From an uncultured Planctomycetaceae bacterium (GTDB lineage: Bacteria > Planctomycetota > Planctomycetia > Planctomycetales > Planctomycetaceae), in assembly GCA_963813715.1 (NCBI GenBank), contig CAWFAK010000017.1, positions 352,001-416,000 on the forward strand: 64,000 bases of DNA. Reading direction: 5' to 3'. The notes under the pieces were generated by a model. That model ran no database searches. It was not told the DNA's origin and saw only the letters and a program-made list of their open reading frames with translations. This document shows positions 57,243 to 64,000 of this stretch, one piece after another; position 1 is the stretch's first letter, and each line of letters begins with the position of its first letter. Position numbers and translations under genes: made by a program.

Positions 57243-58418
57243 CTACTTGGCCGGACTAATGTCTTCTGACTCTCCGACCTCTGACTTCCGAGGTCGGCTG
57301 GGCATTTCCACAACTTGCGGCTCGACCGTGAGACCCGGTCGAACCTGCTGCAGGCCATTGACGATCACTCGTTCGCCCGGCTTCAGGCCGTCAGCGACCT
57401 CTCGCAGGCCGTCGTGAACGGCTCCGACGCGAACGGTGCGAGTGACAACCTCGTTGTTGTCGTTGACGACGATAAAGAATCTTCTGACCCTGATCGGTGT
57501 CAAAGGCGCGATCAGCAACGAGCAACGGCATTGTGGGGTCGGCCGATGGGAATGCGGACGCGGCACGAACAGTCCCGGCACGAGAACCTGGTCTTTATTG
57601 GGGAATACGCCACGCATCCGCATGGTGCCCGTTTTCGGATCGAACCTGATTGTCGACGAAGTTGATCGTTCCTTGGTGAGGAAACCCGTCCTCGTTGGCC
57701 AACCCCAACGAGATCGGCGAAGCCGTCTTCGCGAGGCGAATCCGATTTGCCTGCGCGGGTCAGCTGCCTGATCGCGCAGATGGTGTACTCATCGACGTCG
57801 AAATAGGCATACATCGGGTCGATAGACTCAAGGGTCGTGAGCAACGTACCGCCGAACTGATCTCCCGACTGAATGAGATTGCCCTCCGTGACGATGTAAC
57901 GGTTGACGCGACCGCTAACGGGCGCGATCACTTTCGTGTAGCTGAGATCCAGTTGTCGCGACGCGACCAGTGCCTTGTCGGCAGCGATGTTGGCGATATC
58001 GACGTCGCCGACCGCCGTCGTTTTGTCGAACTGCGACGCGGTCAGCGCCCGGTGCGAACCAGTCGGACGTTTCGCTCGCACTCGGCCTCGTCGAATTTCA
58101 ACTGCGCCTCCTCCTGGGCGATTTTTCCCTTCGCCTGGTCTAAGCAGAGTGATAGGGACGTGGATCGATTTCAAAAAGAGCATCTCCTTTTTTGACGATA
58201 TCCCCTTCTTTGAAGTTAACCTTGTCGAGATAGCCCCACACGTGCGCTCGAATTTCGACGGAATCGACGGCGGCCGTCCTCCCCGTGAAGTTGTGTAGTC
58301 GGTGATCTACCGCTCGATGGGATAACTAACGGCGACCGTGGTGGGCGGCGGCTTCTCCCCAGGGTGCCCGGGCGCAGCCGGCTAGGATGGCACAAACGCA
58401 GGAACGAGGATTACGCAT
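57243..58418 (-). CDS. RND efflux periplasmic adaptor (MFP) 3 (several frameshifts)
   Basis: MRNPRSCVCAILAGC lipobox; VIAPVSGRVNR; IDPMYAYFDVDE; GLKPGERVIVNGLQQVRPG. Confidence 0.82.
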
Positions 58419-58719
58419 TGTTCAACTCCTTTCGAGGCGAAGCCCCAGCTCGCGGGGCATGACCGCCACCATCACCACGCCGCATGCCGCGAGGCCTCGC
58501 GTCCTTAGGGATCAGGTGGAGTGCCACACGGTTCCCACTTCAGTACTGCTTGGGCAATCATGTGCGAAAGGTCCAATTCCAGTTCGAGCCACCTCGCTCC
58601 GCTCGTGTGCCTTAAAGCGGTGGGGTAAGGCAGCCTCGGTCAAGTGAAGCGACGAATTCGTCGAGGCTGGAGCGCTGAGTTTGAAGCTCTGGCTTCATAT
58701 CGCTGTTCGACCTCAAAAT

Positions 58720-58764
58720 ATGTATATGCATGTTTCAGGCCAAAAAAGTCACGTTGTGTTCGCC
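58720..58764. promoter_or_regulatory. MarR operator/promoter unit including a copy of the marR stop region
   Basis: ATGTATATGCATGTTTCAGGCCAAAAAAGTCACGTTGTGTTCGCC; near-identical to 60316-60362. Confidence 0.7.
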
Positions 58765-58797
58765 GTACGGTCGGGGTCGTGGAGGAGATCGTCCCGC

Positions 58798-59848
58798 TCA
58801 AATAAAGCGGCAAAATCGCATCAGGGCGACGATGTTAATTGCATTTCGCCATCGAGTGTACGTGGCGAAGTACACCTTGCTCAGCGTTCCTCGGTAGCGA
58901 TGCTTGAAATCGGCGTGGCCGCGAAAGCTGTAGATCCAGTGATCTCCGTTCCGGTAGAGCCATTGAAAGGCCTTCTTGAGTAGAACGCTCTCCGCGAAGC
59001 CACTCTCTCTGATTTGGTAGAAGGGAAGCAGCCCGAGTCGCAAGACCGCGAGCCCTTCGTCGCGGAATCGCTCGATGGCAAATTTTGTGATCGCCTCTTC
59101 GGCCCCCGTCGGAGCGGTCGGCGAACGCCGCTCGATCGCCGGCGAATAGCCGATGATCTCCCCGCGCTCGCAAATCGGATCGAAGACCAAAATGAGACGA
59201 CCTCGCCGGTCGGGATTGAGCAAGTAGAACTTCCGGACGTCGGGCTCGTCCTCGTAAGTCATCGGTCGGACAAAGAAGCGAGCCTCGCGCTTGACTTTCT
59301 TCGAGTGCGCCAGGCCGCCGAAAGCGATTCTAGCGAGGACCGGTCGATTTCGTCGCTGGATCGCTCCACGATCGTGTAGCCTTCACGCTCCACCTTGCGA
59401 GCCACCTGTCGGAGCTTGCTCTTTTTGGGCCCATCGAAGTTGTAGTCCGGTAGCTCCAGCTCAATGTTTGCGCCGAATTCATTGACGTAGCGTCCAAGAT
59501 CGGAGAGAACTTCGGCCACTGGACGCGAGATCTGGCAAAAGCACGACCGCGGATATTTCTCGACAAACGCCTTGATGACGCCGGATAACTTTCCGGCGGT
59601 GCCACTGGATCGCCCAAAACGAACGTGATTCCGAGCGAAGTGTCGTAGGCCAGATAGCCGCCAAACGCCTCGAAGTACTTCAGGCCGGGCTGCAGTGTGG
59701 CGTCGGCCATCGCGAAATTGCCGTAGCGATAAAACATCTCAAGCCGGCGCGTGCTTACCGTGATTGGCGGCGGCGGGGGCACTGGGACGTCTCGCGGCGT
59801 CGGATCGAGGATGCTTTCGGCAAAGGTGGCGGAAAATGCGATCCCCAC
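58798..59848 (-). CDS. Stand-alone DUF2156 / phosphatidylglycerol lysyltransferase catalytic-domain protein (frameshifts)
   Basis: GGYLAY...FVLGDPVAPP; YNFDGPKKSKLRQ; LRLGLLPFY; IYSFRGHADFKHRY. Confidence 0.72.
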
Positions 59849-60315
59849 CGGCCCTGCACCTGGGGCGGAATCACTCCACGGCCGAGGAATGGAAGAGTTG
59901 AACGTTCAACAGTCCGACGAGAGGCGATAGTCGCGTCCCCTTTCCATCACCAGCATGCGATAGTGCCCTAGTTAGTCGTCGCTAGAGCCTCCGGACTTGC
60001 CGAGCCAATGCACCCCTCGTGCCAACCAGAGACACTTTGAGAATCGACTTTGAAACGGCGCTCCGGGGCCTCAACAGGCTTGCATCGCCGTCCTCTCAAG
60101 GAGGTAGAAGTCAACAAGTTGCCCATCGGGTAAAATTCCTCCCACCGGCCGTGCAACCAGTGCCGCTCGATCGCAATGATCTTCGTGGGGGCTGAGTCGA
60201 ATGCGATATCCTCTGTGTCAAGTCGCAACGCTCCCTCGTTCTCTGTCGTCGTGCAGCCGCACGTTCCGTTAAACATCCGCCTTCAGAATCACTCGCCTCG
60301 GCACCGCTCCGTAAC

Positions 60316-60362
60316 ATGTATATGCATCTTTTAGGCCACAAAAACATCACGTTGTGTCGGCC
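60316..60362. promoter_or_regulatory. MarR operator/promoter unit overlapping the marR stop codon
   Basis: ATGTATATGCATCTTTTAGGCCACAAAAACATCACGTTGTGTCGGCC. Confidence 0.7.
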
Positions 60363-60787
60363 ACTCGCGCGAAGTCGGGAAGCAGATTCAGAAGGCTGGA
60401 CCACGTCTTCTTCGGCATTCGCGCCCGCATGCGTTCTTGCGCGCGCTCCCACGCGGGGCGTGCCTCTCTTAGCTCGGCCCCACCGGCGTCGGTCAGGCGA
60501 ACCAGCTTCTCGCGCCGCTCCTTCCCGGAACGGATGGCCACCCACCCCGCATCGATCAGAGGGCGAAGATTGCGGGTCAGCGTCGTCTCGTCCAGGGACG
60601 TAAGCCCGCCGAGATCCCGCTGGCGAACCTCACCTGCGACTTTCAGTCGCCGGAGGAGAGACAACTGTGTCGTGCGCAGACCGACCTTCCGCAATTCCTC
60701 GTCGTAAAGACGGCTCACGGCTCGCGACGCCTGTCGCAAAACGTTGCAGAGGCAAGGCCCGCCCGATTTGGTTTGCTCAGTTTCCAT
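60347..60787 (-). CDS. MarR family transcriptional regulator
   Basis: CLCNVLRQASRAVSRLYDEELRKVGLRTTQ...LDETTLTRNLRPL...RREKLVRLTDAG. Confidence 0.92.
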   Translation of the reverse strand: METEQTKSGGPCLCNVLRQASRAVSRLYDEELRKVGLRTTQLSLLRRLKVAGEVRQRDLGGLTSLDETTLTRNLRPLIDAGWVAIRSGKERREKLVRLTDAGGAELREARPAWERAQERMRARMPKKTWSSLLNLLPDFARVADTT

Positions 60788-60792
60788 ACTAG

Positions 60793-60823
60793 ATGTATAT
60801 GCATGTAGCCTGGATCCGGTCAA
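60793..60823 (-). promoter_or_regulatory. marR promoter with autoregulatory operator (probably leaderless)
   Basis: Minus strand reads TTGACC...ACATGCATATACAT-CTAGT-ATG; the operator ends 5 nt before the start codon and no RBS is visible. Confidence 0.6.
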
Positions 60824-61054
60824 GTGCCCCGGCAGTCCGTAGCGGCAGTCTCTGCAGCGTCTCAAAAAGCGGCCGAATCACGAGACGTGCGTGTTTCGGT
60901 GCCCTCTGTTGTCGACGGTCTTCATCCTGACAGGAAGGATCTCCGACCTTTTTTAGGCTTGGCGTGGCCGATTGAGGCGCATAAAAAACAGCGTGGGCTG
61001 ATCGCGAATTTCCAGAAATCGGATTATCCCGTGGCTCTTCTGAGAGGCGCCGTC

Positions 61055-63068
61055 ATGGCAAACGCGAGAACACCAACACGCCTTCGGAGCCAGTCGTCTG
61101 GAAAATCGCCGGCCCCCGCAAATCCTGTCTGCTGAAGCGGTGCTGGATGCGCTGAAGATGATCCTCATCGGCGCACCCCTGAACGAGGTTCTGACGACCA
61201 TCACCCGCCTGATTGAAGCCCACAGTGTGGGAATGTTTTGCTCGATTTTCCTTCTTGACGAGGACGGTTTGCACCTGCGCTATGCCGCCGCCCCAAACCT
61301 GCCCGAGGCGTACCGGGCAGCGACCGACGGAGCTGTCATTGGTCCTAATTCGGATCATGCGGCACAGCCGCTTACATCCGGCAGCCCGTCTTCGTCTCGG
61401 ACATCTTTTCCGACCCGAAGTGGGCCGGCTTTAGAGACGTTGCCCTGCGAGAGTGGACTGCGCGCCTCCTGGTCAAGCCCCATCATGTCACATGACGGCA
61501 AGGTGCTGGGGACTTTCTGCATCTATTATCGCGACGTTCGACATCCGGGGCCGGACGAAATCCAGTTGATCGATTACGCCAGTCGGATCGCTGGCATCGC
61601 CATCGAGCGCGAGCGATCGCAGTCGGCACTGGCTCCAGCAGAGCCTATCAGAGAAGCTGAATTCGGCAAATCATCGATTTCATTCCTCAGCATGATCGTC
61701 GGTCTTGGACGCGGAAGGGACAACTCTACGTGAATCAAACTGGTGCTGGATTACACGGGCTGCAGCTAGCGAAGACGCAATCGCGCCGGATGTTCGGACA
61801 AAGCGTCTTTCATCCAGACGATGTGGCGAGTTTGCGAAGACGAGCGACGGGACGGTTTCTCCAGCGGCTGCCATTTGAAAATGAACAACGTGCTTTCGGC
61901 AAAGATGGAGAGTATCGCTGGTTTCTAATCCGCTACAACCCGCTGCGGGACGAAGAAGGACGCATTATCCGCTGGTACGCGACGGGCACGGACATCGAGG
62001 ATCGCAAGCAAGCCGAACAGAGGATGCGCAATGAAAACCTGGCCTTACGCGAAGAGATCGATCGTTCCTCGATGTACGAAGCAATTGTCGGGATCGTCGG
62101 AGGCGCTTCGCAAGGTGCTCTCGCAAGTCGACAAAGTGGCCCCGACCGATTCCACGGTACTAATTCTGGGTGAGACCGGAACGGGAAAGGAATTGATTGC
62201 CAGTGCCATTCATAAGCGGTCCAAGCGCGCGGCGAAAGCATTCATCCGCGTCAATTGTGCGGCGATTCCGCCTTCTCTGATTGCTTCCGAGCTTTTCGGC
62301 CACGAGAAAGGCGCCTTTACCGGGGCGCTTCAGCAAGTGCAGGACGCTTCGAATCCGCCGATGGCGGGACGATTTTCCTGGACGAGATCGGCGAACTTTC
62401 GCCCGAGACGCAGCTTGCTCTACTGCGAGTACTCCAGGAACGAGAATTGGAGCGGGTCGGGAGCAATCAACCGATTTCCATCGATGTCCGCGTGGTTGCC
62501 GCGACCAATCGGGACCTGGAAGCCGCTGTGAGTGCGGGCAAATTCCGCCAGGATCTTTTCTATCGGCTGAACGTTTTCCCCATCCGCGTACCATCTTTAC
62601 GCGAGAGGAAGAATGAATTCCTTTGCTGGTCGAGTATTGGTGGAACGATATGCAGGAGAGCTGGAAAGAGAGTCAGCCAGTAAAGAAGAAGACACTCGAT
62701 ATTCTCCAAGCCTACGATTGGCCAGGGAACGTCCGCGAACTGCAGAACGTAATCGAGCGTGCCGTGATCTTGTGCGATGGAGAAACATTCTCCGTCGACG
62801 AGACATGGCTGCAGCGAAAGTCGAACCAACATTCTGGGCGGCAGGTTTCTCGCCACGGTGTCCTCGCCGAGGACAAGAAGGAGTTTGCCGACCGCGAACG
62901 AAAAGCAATCGAAGCCGCATTGGCAGAATGCCAGGGTCGAGTTTCAGGCCCCCGCGGCGCGGCCGCAATCTGGGAATTCCCCACCAAACTCTTGAGTCGA
63001 AGATCGTAAGCCTCGGCATCGACAAACGCCGCTTCAAGGTCCCGTCCCGAAGGGGAAGCTCGCACTAA
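61055..63068 (+). CDS. Sigma-54-dependent activator with GAF and PAS domains (several frameshifts)
   Basis: GAF and PAS ([20 protein letters not shown]) domains; [49 protein letters not shown]-terminal HTH. Confidence 0.88.
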
Positions 63069-63212
63069 AATGAAGCGTACTTACTGCGCGTAGCTCCCCT
63101 CACCTTTGATTTCCCCGGTCCTAGCGCAGACTGCGGCTCTCTCCCTCCGTTGTCGGCTGTTCATTAAGCGCGGCTGCATCGTATATGGCGCTACTTTTCC
63201 TTTTCCGAAAGA

Positions 63213-63225
63213 TCAGGATTCCTGA
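63213..63225. promoter_or_regulatory. Candidate enhancer (UAS) palindrome
   Basis: TCAGGA-T-TCCTGA about 55 nt upstream of the -24/-12 promoter. Confidence 0.4.
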
Positions 63226-63278
63226 AAAGTCGGCAATTTCTCGCGGTCATTTACTCGCGGAGCCAACTGATTTTGCAT

Positions 63279-63293
63279 TGGCATAAAGCTTGC
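63279..63293 (+). promoter_or_regulatory. Sigma-54 (-24/-12) promoter
   Basis: TGGCATAAAGCTTGC fits GG-N10-GC; it lies just downstream of the activator gene. Confidence 0.75.
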
Positions 63294-63335
63294 GTTACTG
63301 GTAGCCGTCGACTCTTTTCAGGGTGACTGGAACCA

Positions 63336-63577
63336 TGAAGATCGAAAAAAGTTCAGAAAATGGAACGATCACAGTTCACTTGATTGGTCAATTTCAAGCG
63401 TCCGATCTCGGAGAACTAAAGAAGCAGCGGGAGGGTAGTGGGGCTCTGTTTGCCTTGGACTTGGAGGAAGTAACAGTAGTCGACGTCGAGGTAGTTCGGT
63501 TCTTGGCAGAGTGTGAGGCGAATGAGGTGAAGATCGCGAATTGCCCTCGGTACATCCGAGAGTGGATCGCATCGTGA
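63336..63577 (+). CDS. Small STAS-like hypothetical protein
   Basis: MKIEKSSENGTITVHLIGQF...LDLEEVTVVDVEVVRFL...CPRYIREWI. Confidence 0.7.
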
Positions 63578-63651
63578 ACGACGACCCTAAGACCGGCACG
63601 ACCGCATCAAGGACAAAGCGCTCTCTATCAAGTAGAAAGAAGAGAACTGAT

Positions 63652-64000
63652 ATGCGTGCAATGAGAGCGGAACAATTCAGTGGTTATGAAGGATTGAAGC
63701 TCGTCGAGCTTCCAAAACCAGCGGTCTCGGACGGGAAGAGTATTGCTGCGAATCACCGCGGCCGGCGTCACGCCGCTCGACCATACGATTCTCTCCGGCA
63801 AATTTCACCACTCGAAGGCGCCGCTAGTCCTGGGCAACGAAGGAGCGGGCGTGGTGGAGGAGGGAGGCGGAACGGACTTTCCCGTCGGCTCACGCGTGAT
63901 GTTCTTTGGCCCCTATGGCGCTTTTGAGGACGGAACCTACAGCGAGTGGCTTGCCGTACGGAAGGAAGACCTTTGCCTGATTCCTGACAATATCGACGAC
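63652..64000 (+). CDS. MDR family quinone oxidoreductase / zinc-binding dehydrogenase (partial, frameshifted)
   Basis: MRAMRAEQFSGYEGLKLVELPKP, then RITAAGVTPLDHTI...PLVLGNEGAGVVE...GTYSEW; runs off the window. Confidence 0.8.

Overview
This is a GC-rich bacterial window, most likely from a Planctomycetota genome (DUF1559 prepilin-like protein with H-X9-DG motif, DUF1080, Tat-exported Gfo/Idh/MocA, large Ser/Thr kinase-FGE protein). The left part (about 1-28 kb) looks like core genome: a Tad/Flp pilus cluster (cpaA-B-C-E), a LarA-like gene, an ECF sigma factor, a TetR-MFP-RND-RND efflux operon, YceI, an orphan Wzt ATPase, TauE/DUF1634 and tRNA-Phe(GAA). After the tRNA the content is accessory-like: FHA protein, DUF1559, beta-propeller protein, methyltransferase, YHS protein, ppk2, a second MFP-RND pair, a 1 kb field of nested short repeats, the kinase, a repeat-fused serine hydrolase, a MarR-associated block (DUF2156, MFP, RND, thiolase, DUF302, truncated SDR) and a sigma-54 activator module. 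About 20 genes carry frameshifts, probably long-read sequencing errors. The most notable structures are (i) cargo genes bracketed by duplicated 3' ends of the upstream gene, seen twice independently, (ii) three short repeat families nested inside one another, (iii) a repeated MarR operator/promoter unit, and (iv) four related RND pumps sharing a hydrophobic insertion, with no outer-membrane factor in the window. No CRISPR array, reverse transcriptase, intact integrase or transposase was recognised. All family calls come from reading motifs by eye, not from database searches.
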